64,000 bases of DNA from Pocillopora damicornis (Eukaryota): NCBI RefSeq assembly GCF_003704095.1, contig NW_020844270.1:124001-188000 (forward strand). Direction: 5' to 3'. The position numbers were made by a program, and so were the translations under genes. Positions 13,022-27,551 of the stretch are shown piece by piece. Numbering within the stretch: position 1 is the first letter of the stretch; every line of letters starts with the position of its first letter. The notes beneath the pieces were generated by a model that saw nothing but the letters and a program-made list of their open reading frames with translations, did no database searches and was not told where the DNA came from.

Positions 13022-15240
13022 GTCAGGTCAACTAGCAAAAGCGAAACGGGTGAGCTGAAGGAACTTTGCCTTTTTGTTCATATGGGAAATTTCAGCCCGG
13101 TTAGAGAACTATTTTTTTCGACCCAGCAACTGCTTTCTAAAACTGAGCTTTCAATTTCTATCCAGGAAAAATTAACAGCCCGATTATCGAGATCGCAGTT
13201 GTAATTACGAAGATCTTGGGAACCGAACCAGCCAATCTTGCGGTCATATGAATACATCGAATGTTTTTTACAAAGAGGACAGTGGTATGTGAAGTGAGAC
13301 TGTTCGAACTTGATCGAGTCAGCCCGCGCGGGTGGTCAGGTTTATATTACTAACGTGGTTATTGTGAGAGGCCTTCAATTGCACTTAATTCAATCACTCG
13401 AAATTTACTGAGATTTGTTATCTTTTTAGCCACATGTCCACAAGTTAGTTTTTTCACAGAACGCATAGATTCCATAGGTAAAGGCAAAATTTGTCTCATT
13501 GAGCTGTTCTACCAACGCCTGATTTTTCGCAATCCTTACCATTTCGCAATATTTGCACTTGTGATACCCTTTTGAAGTGTCCCGGATCGAATGTCGGAAG
13601 AAGCGGTATTTCGGATATCATTTATTGGGACGGGCTAAAGTTATAAACAGAAAGACAATAAGTCTTATGGCCAATACTAAAAATATCGCAAACTGCGACA
13701 GCTATGCCTAATATTCTCAAGAACAAGATCATTTCTACAGCTCTCAGCACGTACTTCACAAACTTCATCAAACATCAGCTAGTCAGCTTTGCAGGAGACT
13801 TTGGACAAATTGCTCAAATGTTATGAACGTATTGGTAGGTGATTATCATACGGTCTGGCCCACCGGCGACTTGAGAGAAAAACAAAATTTGTAACTTAGA
13901 TGCGGTATAGATATTCTGAAAACTCGTCACTAGTGCTCCTCGATTTTAGCTCAAAGTCATCCAGAGAAAGCTTAATATGATGGCTTTTGATCGTACGGTC
14001 ACGATCATTTTTTACTCCTTTGTTCAAACTATTTACAGCTTAACAACTATGCCAAGCGATGCGTATGAGGAGTATAATTCTTTCTCAGGGATGGCTATCA
14101 TCTTCCCTTTACTGGTAATTTTACCCACCAAATGTTTATCGTCGTGTGGCCCACCCAACTTTTCTGTCACGGAACCGGAAAACAATGTCTTAATGATATA
14201 TGAGAAATAAACAATGAGTGACTAACGGAAATGAAATTTAAATGAAATAACTCTCACAGGGTCAAGGCAACCCATATCTATAAAACAGTGCTTTGTTATT
14301 ATTTTGCATCCCAGTAACCTGCGAAAGAAAACGTTGTCGGCTCACATATTTCATATAATGTAACTACACGTGATGCATTTCGAGCTCTCTTTCTATTAGG
14401 TGAGGTTGTCACGTTCTGTCCTTTCCCACAACAACCGACATAGGAGCCTTAATCATGTTAATGGACTGTTTCCGGTATTAAGATTGGCGCCCGACAGACT
14501 CAAGTAATTATCTCCTGGCAAAATAATCCTCATTGAGAGAAATGGGGTAAAATGTAAAAAATCCAAGTTAATACAACTTAAGTTACTAGAGAAAAGACGC
14601 TTTGATATCGTTCACATTTATAATTGTGTTTAATTTTTTTTATTCAGAAATCCGAGAGAGTGCTTATTTTGATGCTTTCAGAGTTTGAAACCGACAACTG
14701 AAGCAAAAGTAACCATTTCATTATTAAAGATGAGCCGATACCGGTAATAAATACTCGATATTATCCAATTTGGGTCAGATCGGAGGATAGCCATGCTGTG
14801 TCTCAATTTGAGCCTGCGTCCCTCTGGTCATCACCCAAAGACAAAAAGCGGAGTCGCGCGCGGTGAACCATGAATGACGAGCGAGGGACCAGTGATTGTC
14901 TTTCGGTTAGGGACGGAGGGGGGACGGGAGGGGGATCTGAGGATTTTGGGAGGGATCATATGGTTTTCATGGGGAACGGAGGGGGGAACAGTCGTGGCCA
15001 ACAGAATACATAGCGCACGCGCGGGGGAAGGGGCGAAGACTATAGAAAATTGAATGTCACTTAACTGCCACTTTTATCGATACCCAACCAAAATCCACTG
15101 ACCCCTCCCTCCTTCCTCCAGGCAGTAGATAACGGCCCTTCTTGACTTGTTCGTTAATTTTAATGCATCGATGTCCTCTCCGTATTTGATCAAACACACC
15201 AGGTGACATACCAGTGAACTCAGTGACCTCCTTACATTAA

Positions 15241-17100
15241 TTGTTCACTTTCGTAGAGAGTAACAGCTTGGTTCAGCTAATAGCGGAGCCAACTCTTGTC
15301 CCCTGTTACAGTTCGACGATACTTGATTTAATCATCACAAATTGCCTCGGGTGTTTTAGTTCTTCTGGGACTTTAAGTTTCCCTTTCAATTGTGACCATT
15401 CTGTTATCTTCGCAAATATGAATATTTCCGCTTACAGAAGTCGATCTTACAAAAGGCAGGTGAAGAATTTTAATAACGTCAACACTACAAATATGAACAG
15501 AGAACTATTGGAATTTGACAGGATCTATTAGTGTGAATACTAGAGACATAGATGAAATATATTCAAGGGGGTAAATGGCAATATCCGTTTGATTATTGAG
15601 AAGTAAAATCCACAGAAAACAGTAACAACACGTGCTCAGGATAAACTATGGATGGATAGGAAAGTGCGCCTGTAAATTAGGCCTGGTGATTCAGCGATTA
15701 ACCAGCTGATTTTCTTTTTACACAAGGTATGAAGCCTTAGAGAGTGATAGAGAGGTTCGTGCTGTTTTCCTGAATATAGGCCAAGCATTTGATAAGGTGT
15801 AGCATGCTGGTTTGTTGCGTAAGTTAGAGGCTTTAGGAATACAACCGCCCTTCAATGGTTTGAAAATTATTTGCTTAACCGAACGAGCTGGTAGTTATAG
15901 AAGGATAATCCTCTTTTTAGCAAACAGTCAACTCTGGAGTCCCTCAAGAGTCAACGATACTTCTGATGTTCTCACCTCTCCTCCTTTGATTTATGCCCAT
16001 GATACTACACTGTTTGAAATTCTGATTTAAGAAGATCTCCAACTGGGCTGAAAAATGGTTGGTAAGTATGAAACAAGATCACCCCTCTATTTCTTGACAC
16101 CAGGTTCGTCAAAGACGTTGGTTCTCACATTCACTTAGGCTTAACTTTGCAGAGTAATTCTGTCGTGGAGATATCATATAGTTAAGATGTACAAGAAAGC
16201 TTCTAAATGGTTAAATTTACTGAAATATGTCCAATAAAAAGTTGATAGATCCACGTTAAGATGTTTGTACAAAAGCCTGATTAGACAACTCATGGAATAC
16301 GAAGATGTTATCTGGAACAACTGTCGTAATTGTGATTCAGCTTTTCTGAATACTGTTCAATATGAAGCCGCAAGGGTAGTAACGGGAGCCATTAAGGAAA
16401 TCAGCTCTGCAAGTTAAATGTTGACTTAAGCTAATTTTACAGGATATTGCCAAGGATCTTGCTCCACGTCATTCAACTGAACTGTTTCTCAAACAATCTA
16501 AAGTGAACGTACACATTTTAGTCTCAGATCAAGAGTAAACTTAATGCAATTTCCTTTGAGAACCCCTAGATTTAAAAAGTCCTTTTTTCCATCCGCAATC
16601 ACTAGCTGGAATTCTCTGGACTTAGATGTCTAAAACTCTGTATCTCTTCCCAGTTTTAGAGCGAAAATTCGGTCAATTCTCTTTCCGCATACTTACAATT
16701 ATTTATATGACTGCTCTTTTACAAGGCGTACATCTGTTGATCACACCCGCCTTAGACTTAGGTTTCCTTGTCTCAGAGAATGTTTCTTTGAAATTAATTA
16801 ACAGTTGTGCATCGCCTCTTTATGAGTGCGGTCTTGACTCCGAATCAGTAACCCCCTTTTCTTGTATTTAAAGAAGATTCTTGCTCAAGGTATGCCGCTC
16901 AACGCAACGTCCTCCTTCACTCTGCTGGTAATATTCTAGAAGAAATTTGGTCATCGAGCAGCGGTGTAAGGAAACTGAATTTGTATTGTAAGGTATTGAG
17001 TCTGTAAATTACGAAATCAACTGTGCTTTTATCCGCAAGGTACAAACGTTTATAGTTAATACTAACCGCTTTTCGGTAGCCATTGTTTCATTGTTCTAAA
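15241..17100 (+). mobile_element. Degenerate non-LTR retrotransposon (CR1/L2-like LINE), endonuclease and RT remnants
   Basis: Endonuclease C-terminal motifs LDLIITN and DHSVI. RT remnants AVFLNIGQAFDKV*HAGLLRKL, GVPQ (ggagtccctcaa) and YAHDT (decayed YADDT). Many stops, frameshifts and internal deletions. Confidence 0.88.
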
Positions 17101-17611
17101 TGATGTATCCCTAAATTTGTAAGTTAAACGCGCTATTACTACAATTTGTGTGTTGTTTGGGTGTCTGTTGGTATGAGTTAAATTTTGTAATATTGTAATA
17201 CCCCTTGTTAAGCCTTGGTGCTTTTGAGGAAAACAAAAAATTTTGATATTGTAGAAAAAGTGTGAGTTGCGTTCGGTGTTGAAAAAGAAAAAAACAAATA
17301 ACACGATGCTGACCCATTCTACCCATCACACCTTTCAAATAATTATTTTCCAAAATAAAGTGAATGCACAGAATAAAGGAATGGAATATTATTTTTCATG
17401 TTAAATAAGACCAAGTTAACCAAGTGGGAATTAAGATATTTCGTCTATCGGTTGGAGAATAACGAATTCCTTCCAAACTTGCTGATCAGTATTTTTAAGC
17501 TTATCAATCTAACAGTCTAAAGGAACTGAGCATTATGATGGCCTATGTCCTGCTTTGCTATCCCCAATTTACGATAAAAAACGAATTTTACTTTACCCAT
17601 GGATTTTTAAA

Positions 17612-18286
17612 ATGGCACGATAAAACCTATTTTAAGAGCAATAGTTACTTCTGTCCTGTTACTGTACCTACCGACATAATTATTCCTTATAGCGAACTAT
17701 TTTTATCGCATGCCAATGGCGAATTCTAGTTCTTATGTCAAAGTCTCTGGGAAGGAACTCACTGCGTTCGATTTATGTGCGAGTTATGTGGGCCCTCACA
17801 CAGTTTAGGTATCCTCACATTTTAAAACTTAATACGTATATTCACATTTTATCTTTTCATTTTTTATGCTCGTCGTTATTTGGCTTTGTTGATAAGGAAT
17901 AAAGCAAAAATGGCACCTTGTGTTCGGTTTTCATCATTACTGAAAACTCCATGTTCCTCTTGTTGTGGAAGTTGTATGAAAGCGGTATTAGAAGAGATGG
18001 CTCGATAAAAGCTATTTTAAGAGCAATAATTACTCGCGTCCTGTTACTTTATTTACTGACCGTCATTATTTGTCCTTAAGAACTATTTTTATCGCATGCC
18101 ACAAGCGAATTATAATTCCCATGTCAAAATCTTTAGGAAGGAACTCACTGCGTTCGGTTTATGTGCGAGTTATGTGGGCTCTCACATAGTTTAGGTATAT
18201 TTTAAAAATACATGTAGTCACATTTTATCTTTCCATTTTTTACGCTCGTCGTTAATTGGCTTTGTTGACAGGAATAAAGCAAAAAT
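17612..18286. repeat. Direct duplication of ~300 bp (17612-17911 and 17997-18286)
   Basis: Both copies run from CGATAAAA.CTATTTTAAGAGCAATA through GGAAGGAACTCACTGCGTTCG to GGAATAAAGCAAAAAT with scattered differences. Confidence 0.9.
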
Positions 18287-20598
18287 ACACGATGGAGCAA
18301 AAAGAGAGAACGAACTTTATGTTGGTGAAAATCCCCTATTTCTTTTGCATATATTATTTAGCTGTTTTCTCCTTTATGTATTCTTAAATTATATGTTTTG
18401 ATTAAAAAAAAGGCTTGCTGAAAGGAGCAGAGCTCGCTAGTTTCGAATTTTCTTTTTTCTAGCCGGTTAATCAAACCAAGCCCAGTGTTGCTATTAAAAT
18501 TGCGTACAAGACCATCTTCAATCTACCAAAACGTTATATCCGTGAAAGTTGATATTTGCGAACAGTGTCAAGATGGTGTACAGCTAACAATGATTAAAAA
18601 AATAATGCATATCTCGTAATCCAGTTTTCAAAAAATTTTGAGATCCATTTTTCGCCGCCTAAAACTGCGCCTTAAGTTAGTGCTCATGAACTAATAGGCT
18701 TTGATTTAGGGTTTACGTCATTGTGTACCGGCTAACGTATCCAACTGCGCGTCCAAAGTAAGCATCTTATTTTCGCGAGTTTTATTGCGCAGATTTCATT
18801 TCCTTTTTCCTCAATTTAACTGAAATGGCTCTTTCCATTGTTCCCTTTCCAGCAAACTCCAAGACATTTCGCAATTTTACCACATTTTGCTCTTCAAAGG
18901 AAACTGTAATTCATATCCATGTGAAATAAATGGCCCAGAGTTGCTGCTAGTTGTGTTTGACATTAGTTTCATCCGCTTCAGGATCAGTTTTGAACCGCTT
19001 GAAGATGCAGTTCGACTCACTGCGACACATTTCTTCATCAGTTAGTGAGAGAAATTTGTTGCATAGAGGTAATATCTCTTTAGCTGATGAGTGACAATAT
19101 TCTGATCCCATCTTTGTTGTATGTATAGTTACATGTACTGATATTTTTTTAAGGGGAGACCTCAGGTAAATCATTACTCGCAAGGGTCGAGGGTGAATTG
19201 AAACAGACACATCGAAACACACGTCATTCGTACAAGATAATTTGCAAGTGCTCAGTTCAGGCGACGTTCTTGCCGACGATTACGGGGGAAAAAGTGAACC
19301 GGCGAACAACAACAATGCGGTGCGTGAATAAGGTGTTTGAATTTATTCAGAGACGCCAAACTCCAGCGACCTTTCATTGTGAAAGGGTCGCTTAAACCCT
19401 TTGTTTGTATTGGATTCAACGCTGAAATAAGTTATTATCAATTAACTGCTTTCAACACCAAAACTAAAGTCGAGAATTGAGACCTCTCAGGATCAGAAAC
19501 TCACGAACAATAAAACTTTCAGATCCACCCCAGATAACAAGAAAAGGCGTTTGGGAAAACATAGAAAGTTCTGGTGGATATTATTTCTCCTGTAATGTTC
19601 CCAATTACTTCCGTTTTGGGAAAAACAGGCGAGTTAGACTAGCTATGGCTATTTGCAAGTCAGCTAATGTAACACTGATAATCTGGAAATTGAATTTAAA
19701 AAAGTGTGTTTGTAAAAGTTTTGCATGTATGCATGTATTTGATAAAAAATTGCCCGAGATATTTTTACATACAAATCACTTTAGCATGAAACAAAGAGGA
19801 TCAAAGCTGGAGAGAAAGAACACGAGGTGCATTTTTGTCGTTTCCGGAAACTCAAACTTAAGCTGAATTCGTAAATAATAATTTATTTGTTCTAGGAGGC
19901 CCATAAGAACAAGCGAATAGACGTTTATTTTCTCAATTGGAAACGTTTTTCATGTGCGTGCTGTGCAAGTACATTTGACCGGCCACAAATTGAAGGAATA
20001 TTTTTCTGTTTTCACCTGTTCTGGTCATTACGGCGCCTAAAATAACAGTTATTTGACAGATTTTCACAACGCGGCGTTTTAGGCCAATAGAATAAAATAA
20101 ATCAGCCGGGGGCGTCGGACGAGAGCGAATTCCAAATATATATCAGTCCCCTTTTTTTAACTTTAGTAACCTGAGTGCCACATTGGCAGATCGCTTCGAA
20201 AGGTTAGATTGAAATAGATTTTTAAATTTTTTTAATTCGCTTCAGATTTCCTAAAAATCTTTAACTTAACAGGATACAAGCTCAGTGAAGGTAAATGATA
20301 TTTCCTGAATTTTAAGCGATCTAATTCATCGTATCTCATGAAACATCTGAGCGGAGGTGATTTCTCCATGTGACAGAGATTAATTCAAAATTCAGCAAAT
20401 AAGAAAGGGATAAAACTGACAATCAAACCACGGAAGATTCCGTGATATCCGTGGCTATATAAACTTCGCATCTAAACAAGTTAACCCCACATAAACGACT
20501 AGCAAACCCAACAGTGACAACACATAGATATCTGGAACAACTGGAGCTGCATCTGCCTGGAAGCTGTTAGAATATTTCATTGCAAATCGAACGGCGCC

Positions 20599-21852
20599 AT
20601 GGTTTTGGAATCAAATGCAACAAATTCAGCCTCGTTCGGAAACTCTACAAATTCTTCAGAATCGAATAGTTTTGCACGGTGGCCAATGTTCGACAAAGTC
20701 AGAATGATCATACTTGCGTTACAGATTGTTGTCTTTCTTGTGGGAACTGTCGGAAATGTTCTCGTGTGCATCGTTGCATCGCGAAAGAGGAACTTGAAGA
20801 TCGTTGGCAATCGTTTCATTCTAAATTTGGCCATCGCTGATTTGGGTGTTCTTTTTATAAGCTTCCCTATGTGGATCAGCAAGGAATTCAGTATCTCTTG
20901 GCCTTTTGGAGAGTTCCTTTGCAAAACATTCCAGCCGTTCACAGATATTTTCTATGGCGTTGGAATCGGATGCATTACGGCCATTGCACTCCATCGCTAC
21001 AGAATGCTGGTTCACTGCATGAAACCGCAAATGAGTGTGCAAACAGCTAAGCGAGTACTGTTCTTTATCTGGCTTCTCTCATTCTTCATCGTTGTAATGC
21101 CGTTATTTTTCGTCATGGAGCTGAGAAAAATGCCGTTCACAGGAATACGGGTGTGTGAGCCATTATGGCCCACCAAGTTAGCTCAACAGATGTACTACAC
21201 AACAATTACAATTTTTTTTTACTTCGCACCTTTGAGTATTATCTCGCTAACGTACATTCGTATCCGAACTAAACTAAAAGATAGCATTCGCAAACATGAC
21301 AGCTACCGTCGCTCAAGCTTTAAAGCACATGAAACTGTGTCTCATAAAGAGACTGCCTCTAGGATTACGCAAAACCGTCGTGCTTTGCGTCTTCTGGCTC
21401 CTGTCGTCGTCGTATTCGCAGTTTGCATGGCACCCTTCAATTTTCTGCACTTGATCGGATCATTTATCAGAATAAGAGGCTCTATACACACTGCGATTGC
21501 CTTCCGTTTCTTCGTTCTTTTACTGGTTACCAACGCTTCTGCTAACCCCATTATCTACTCTGTCACGAACTCGGATTTTCGTCGCGATTTTAAGCAACTC
21601 TTGCGTTGCAACACGGACGGATGTTGTACTGATACCACGGAAGGGCTCAGCCTGACAACATTTCGACGGAGTTCGTCTTCCTTTGGCAGGCGCAGCACCA
21701 AAGAACGACAAAGAGGTTCCCTTCTCATCGAAAGAAGAAGAAGTTCGAGTTCTAGCCTTAAGAAAAGCTCCAAGAATTCCTCCGAGAAACTGCAAGCTAA
21801 AACAAACGATGAATTAGCAGAAGGAAAACCCGATAAACGAGTAGATGGATAG
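20599..21852 (+). CDS. Class A (rhodopsin-like) GPCR, neuropeptide-receptor-like, intronless CDS, 417 aa
   Basis: N-glycosylation sequons in the N-terminus, seven hydrophobic segments, GN (TM1), NLAIAD (TM2), WPFGEFLC (ECL1), HRY (DRY variant), CMAPF (TM6), NPIIY (TM7), helix 8 FRRDF and a Ser/Arg-rich tail. Confidence 0.95.
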   Translation: MVLESNATNSASFGNSTNSSESNSFARWPMFDKVRMIILALQIVVFLVGTVGNVLVCIVASRKRNLKIVGNRFILNLAIADLGVLFISFPMWISKEFSISWPFGEFLCKTFQPFTDIFYGVGIGCITAIALHRYRMLVHCMKPQMSVQTAKRVLFFIWLLSFFIVVMPLFFVMELRKMPFTGIRVCEPLWPTKLAQQMYYTTITIFFYFAPLSIISLTYIRIRTKLKDSIRKHDSYRRSSFKAHETVSHKETASRITQNRRALRLLAPVVVVFAVCMAPFNFLHLIGSFIRIRGSIHTAIAFRFFVLLLVTNASANPIIYSVTNSDFRRDFKQLLRCNTDGCCTDTTEGLSLTTFRRSSSSFGRRSTKERQRGSLLIERRRSSSSSLKKSSKNSSEKLQAKTNDELAEGKPDKRVDG

Positions 21853-23256
21853 CAGGTCGACACTGAACAGCAATTGGCGAACCCCTAAACAATGTTCTGT
21901 TACCTCTGCTGCCTTTTCATAATACATAACACTTAATACTTTCCAGAGTAAATAGTAACGAGGAGAAGTTCTTGGGTGCACAACAGAAACGGCCAAGAAA
22001 AATGAGTGGAAAGTAGTCAAGCTTTGGGTTACAGAATGCCTCGGTTAGAGTTGGTACCGGCCACACTTCTGATCTAGCCAACAAAAGAGGATTCCAGCTC
22101 GAGCAAGTATAAGAATTCAAATTTAGGAACACATCCCTAAGTTAATCTCGCCTTTTTACACGGCTCTGTAAATTTACATACTTTGTGTTATGAACCTACA
22201 TCAATCTTTTACGAACATTTCCAAAAGTCAACAACGGGTGCTGTCAGTTATTAATTCAACCTTTCTTAAACCAACATTTACAACAAGGAACACTACTTTA
22301 ACTCTCTTTCAATCTTCGCATTTCAAGAAGTGTTTACGACCTCTCGAATCGACTGCGTATCTGCTGTGTTTTTAGAAGCTCGCTTCAATTAGGTTTAAGT
22401 GATTTTTTCTTCATTCCGCGAATAAATTAATGTCAGGAAAAAGCCAAAATTCAAGGGTTGCTCTTTGAACCGGATCAAGCATACCACTTCCGTTTTCATC
22501 GAGTTTTATTTGACATTATAGGTGGTAAGTTTTCTCAGTTTCATTTTTTAAATTTTCAAGAAAAGGAAACACAAAGCAAGTATTTACTCCAGATTTTAGT
22601 ATATTAAAGCAAAATGTTATTGCTTAACATATTGAAAATGCTGCCAAAAAGCGTTTCCAAATATAAACAAGATGGGCGAAAAAACTCCCACAGCTTGATG
22701 ATCGATTCCTTCCGTATAAAAAATTATCGGCCTTTTGACAGGCCGCTAAGAAGCATTTCAGATGGGATTTTAGTGTAATTCATAGCTGTCTTGCTAATGC
22801 ATATTATAAAAAGAGCAACTCAGTTTTGTCAAGAAAAGACATATGCAGGATGGCTGTTTACATATCGGAATAATGAATGGACAATTTGGAGCCGAGTACG
22901 AGAGGACGCCACAAATTGGATCTTTAATTCAAGACGTGTTAGACCAAATTGTTTCTGAAAGTTGGAGAAAAATCTTTTGAGACGGAACGAAATTGGTTTT
23001 TTCACCTAAAAAATTGCGGTCAGTAATTGATTTTACAATTCATTATTTAATACGCACGCTCTCTGCAGGGACTCTTTTCATTTAAATTGTTAAAACCTTT
23101 GCTTCTTATCGTCACATCACGATCGATGTTATAAACCTCTTATCAGCCAGCTTTGTCTTAATGTGTTCAGTCCACCCTCAAGGCGAAAGACTCTACGTCT
23201 GCTGGTTTGCACTGATTCAGAGTTTTTTTGGTATCAAATAGGTCCGCAATGTGCTC

Positions 23257-23273
23257 GTGTGTGTGTGTGTGTG
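23257..23273. repeat. (GT)n microsatellite
   Basis: gtgtgtgtgtgtgtgtg run. Confidence 0.85.
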
Positions 23274-26200
23274 CAGTACGTCGACTTACCACGCTCTCTT
23301 GCCTTCAGTGAAGAGAGCTGAATTCCCCTTTCACTTCCCTCGGCTTAACTCCACGATGCATTTAGACCTATGTTAAGCGAAATGGCTCGAAAACCTGACG
23401 AAGATTAACAGCAACGCTAGTAAACAGTATTTTAGAGAGAAAACGTGGCCTCTCTTCTTGATGTGATGTAACGAAAACGCGATCGGTTATTTATTCTAAA
23501 TTTCAGGTGTAGTGTAATGATATATTAAAAGTTGCTGTGATGTTGTTCGATCGAAATTTTTGTTATCGTTATTTCATGCTGAAGAACCTGTGTTTTGGAG
23601 TTTGAAAATTGTCGAGTGTCATGATGTTAAAAAAACCCAACGGGGTAATTATTACAAAAAGCGTTTTTTCATCTAAACTGAAAAACATGAACATGGATCA
23701 AAACTGCGATTGTGACAGGTGTGAAAATCATGCCCTAAAGATAAGGTACACTGTAAAGACTGAAGCATTACACACACACCCACACCCAAACACATAAGAA
23801 AAAAGAATTCTGCAGATCTACTGATAAGGGATGGACAACTATGACGTGTTTCCTTGATTTTTTTTAATTAAATATCATCCAGACTCACCGACTATCAATT
23901 TAATCGGCAGTTTTATATTTTGGGTCAAAAATAGAAAAAAAAAAGAGTTTTCTTTTTCAAAAGCAATTGCAATGTAATTTCACTTAAGACACGCAAATCA
24001 CAGCGTGTTGTATTTCAATAACTATTTTCACGATAATTAAAGTTTTATCGTTATTGCAGAAGTAATAATCTCCAGGAGATCTTGTATCTTCTTCTAAAAA
24101 TAAGACTTCTTTTTCTGGCAGTTATCATGTAATTAGCAACTGGGATAACAAACTACTATGGCCTAGTTGTGTATAAGAAGAGTAATATAATAAAACTTCA
24201 TAGATCTCTTGTCCTTCTTGTCGGCTGGTGGTGACTGGGAACCTTTTTAAAATGTCACTTATGTCGTGTGTATTAATCTGTAAGTACTGACGCAGTTTAA
24301 TGACCTTTCCACGTATGAAAAGTCGAGAGCGCAATTGTTCGAAGAAGACAGACAAGTACACGTTATTGAAGAGAATTACAGGACAAGCATCTTTCATGAG
24401 AAAAAAGCGACTTCTATAAAAGGCAATCAACTCTTCATGAATCTAGGAGTTCCACATAACATTTCCATGGTTACTATGGAAGAGAATGGAATGGTGCAGA
24501 CTGTCGATAAAGGTTTTCCTAAGCTAAAAGGCATTGCTACACGATCAAAAAGTTTGAGAAGAACCATGGTTGCATCTAACTGTTACCTGGGTATTTTTAC
24601 AGACGGTCTGTTCGATAGTCAGTCAAAGTGTTACGCTTTTGCATTTTTTTTCGCTGTTGCCTTTTTATTCATGGAGTAAGCGGAAAAAGGTAATTTGTGC
24701 AGTACTTTGGTAAAGCTAGATGTTTTTTGTTTTCTCTCTATCACCTGTCAATAAACAACAAACGAACGGAATCTTCTCGCTAGTACACTGGTCTGGCTTC
24801 TCTTTTTTTCATTTAAATGTAGGCGTCTGCCTTTAGGCTGAACGTTCTCTTACGAAATGGGAGGATCGCTAAAGCATCCCGTATTGCTCGTGGTCTGAAT
24901 GACTGGCGAGGTCATTTTAGCTCAGTGGAAGAGTATTCAATCCACTTTGGGATTCAGACTTTCTCCTCCTCCACGCTTGTGTCGACATCTCTCCATATGC
25001 GACAATCGAGCTAAAATCAACCCACGATCTTCTTCAATCCAGTAAAAGTCAAGAGTTAGAGTTTTTGGGAGGCCTGAACTTTCGTCAGTATTTGAACTTC
25101 AAATGAATGATTCATGGGAACACTAATTAGATTTTGCCAACCAAGCACAAGTATGTTTCATAATCGTAAAAAAATCAATAATGAAGTTCTCACGTACCGT
25201 ATAATTTAAAACGATTATAAACATTAGAGAAGGTGTCTGGAAACAAAATACTTTCCTAACGGTGATTCGTCCGTATCGAGGTGTGAACGAATGCCATCGG
25301 AACTAATTGCAAGTTTCCGTGTTGTATGGTTACGCATGCTCAAACCATATCCCATGTTGTCCTTCGTGGTGCTCTGGCAAGCTAAGTTGCCGCTGGCTTA
25401 TTTTTTGAATTTTTTTCCAATTAATTTGGTCACGCATCGTAAACATCGGCGTCATCTTCTCACGACCTTAACGCTTGACCCTAAAGTCTGCGAGAAAACA
25501 CTTATTGTCCTATTGTTAACGGCCCTAGGGAGCAGAGAATAACTTTCCCTTAATACTTGTCGATATTAATTTCAACCTCTCGTGTGTTAGCTAATGTTTT
25601 TTTTTTCAGACTGAACGAGAAAAGCTTGGAGAAGTGAACCTGTTCTTGGGCTACAATTATTACAAGTCGTCAGTACTTTTGATTAGAGCTGTTTTGGTCT
25701 AGTTCCGCCGAGGAACTGTATACATACATATCATTTCATACAAAATTTTGTCGTACATCTTTTAATTGATTACAGATAAAGTTTCAACCTCCAGTCAAAT
25801 TTTTGAAACAGCCGAATTCTGTCGACAACTACAGCTGACTTCTACAGTTAATAGCGGAAGAGCCTCGTTAAAGTTCCCATCTCTTGTAAAATTCAACCTA
25901 ATGTTTTTAACTCTTTATTTGCAGTCTTAGATAATCTTTTCAGCCCTGAAGCTTGTTCCTTGTTTCTATTCTTGTCTCGTTATTGTCTTTTTACTCTGGA
26001 AATGGTTTGTGTTAGGGTTTTCCTCCATGCAAGGAAGTTTTTCGAAGTCCTTCAAACGATTCTCAAATGATAGCTGTGATGATTCAACACAAAGGTTCAC
26101 TTCTAAGTTTAGCTTCGTTGTCTCATTCGAAAACTTTCTTCGCTAAGGAATTGGTCACCAATGACTTTGCCACCTTGCGCTTCCGTGGCTTCTAACGCTA

Positions 26201-27551
26201 GCGTAATGAAAGAAAGAGCAACATTTAAATAATTTATTATTTCATGACACGGTTTAATCAAGCGGATGAGAAATGTCCTGGAGAGGCTCCAAAAGTTATA
26301 ATTGGTGTTTGAATAAAGTTTGTCTGAAGATCAGGTCGCTGAAATCGACGTCAGTAAATGTCGCTGACAACCGCCACTTTTCAGGTTTTACTATCTACTC
26401 TCAAGGTCTAATACCAATTGTTAGGTGCATTATTCAGCGGCTAAACCCAAGTTAACTCTTAGTGTATGGAATGTAACGGCTGGATCGCCAAATGAAAAAC
26501 AAACATATCTAACTAACAACCAAACTTTGATATAACCAAATTTTTTCACTCGTTCATTCAAGCAGTACTATCTCCGAAAAACAATAATAATAACAATAAA
26601 AAAAACAAACAAAGAGAAGCTTCTAGGGCACGACTACTGACTAAAGTTATTTTCTCTCCCTCTCTTCCTAGTTTCTTCCCTAGAGAAGACATGAGCTGGT
26701 GTCAAATAATTAACCGCTTGAGACTTATCTGCAGCTTAGTAATTACAGCGAGAACTCGAAGTACATTTTTAACTTCTCTACTGTTCGCCAACTGAAACTC
26801 TTCCGGTACATGAATTGTTTTCCAGTCTCCTTGGCAATTTTAGTAAGCGGAGTTTTACCGCAGACCTCTGTGTAATAACTCTGTACCACAAAATTAACAC
26901 AATAAAAGAAAAAAAAAAGAAAAAGAAAAATGCGTTGGAAGAAAGGGAATAACAAAAAAGGCTGGTTGCAGAGAATCCAAAAGCTTAAAGTTTTATTTGT
27001 GTATGTTCATTGCCAAACTTCTTTCAACAATTATATCATTGTTAATTATCTTGAATAACGGAGCTCATACTAACTCGTTCTAACAGCCTTGCGGTTCTTA
27101 AAAGCGTTGAATTGAAAATCCAAGAAAGAATTTAATAATCCCACTAATGTTACCCCTAGGAGCTTTTTTGAAGAATTTACATACAACCAAGCTCGTTCAT
27201 GCAGAACTGCTATACTTGCATAATTACTTGTGTGAGAAGACAGGAAATGAAAAACAGCCGATTCTCTGCATTACAAGTCACACATACTTGAGAGTTTTTG
27301 AAGCTTCGAGGAAGGAGATCAAGTTTCACCCCATTGCGTACCTTCACCGTAATGAAGCCAGACTGCAAATAACAAATGAGACAATCGCTGTAAAATAACA
27401 AACCTTGGCAGAGTGTGCATGTCTTATGTCGAGAAAAGCACTCGTGTTAACGTCGATCTAAGCAAAGACGATTTAGTTGTTGACGAAAGTCCACGATAAT
27501 TTAATTTGTTGTTCGTCAGACATCATCGATGTCACACCAAGTCCAAGAGCG

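Noticed and set aside
6000-14900. Scattered 60-120 aa ORFs in BMPR intron 1 and upstream DNA
   Set aside because: No domain signatures or splice-consistent chains; expected by chance in AT-rich DNA.
20577-22132. Antisense ORFs over the GPCR (likewise 52739-53150 and 49090-49320 over GH116)
   Set aside because: Shadow ORFs of real coding sequence with no motifs of their own.
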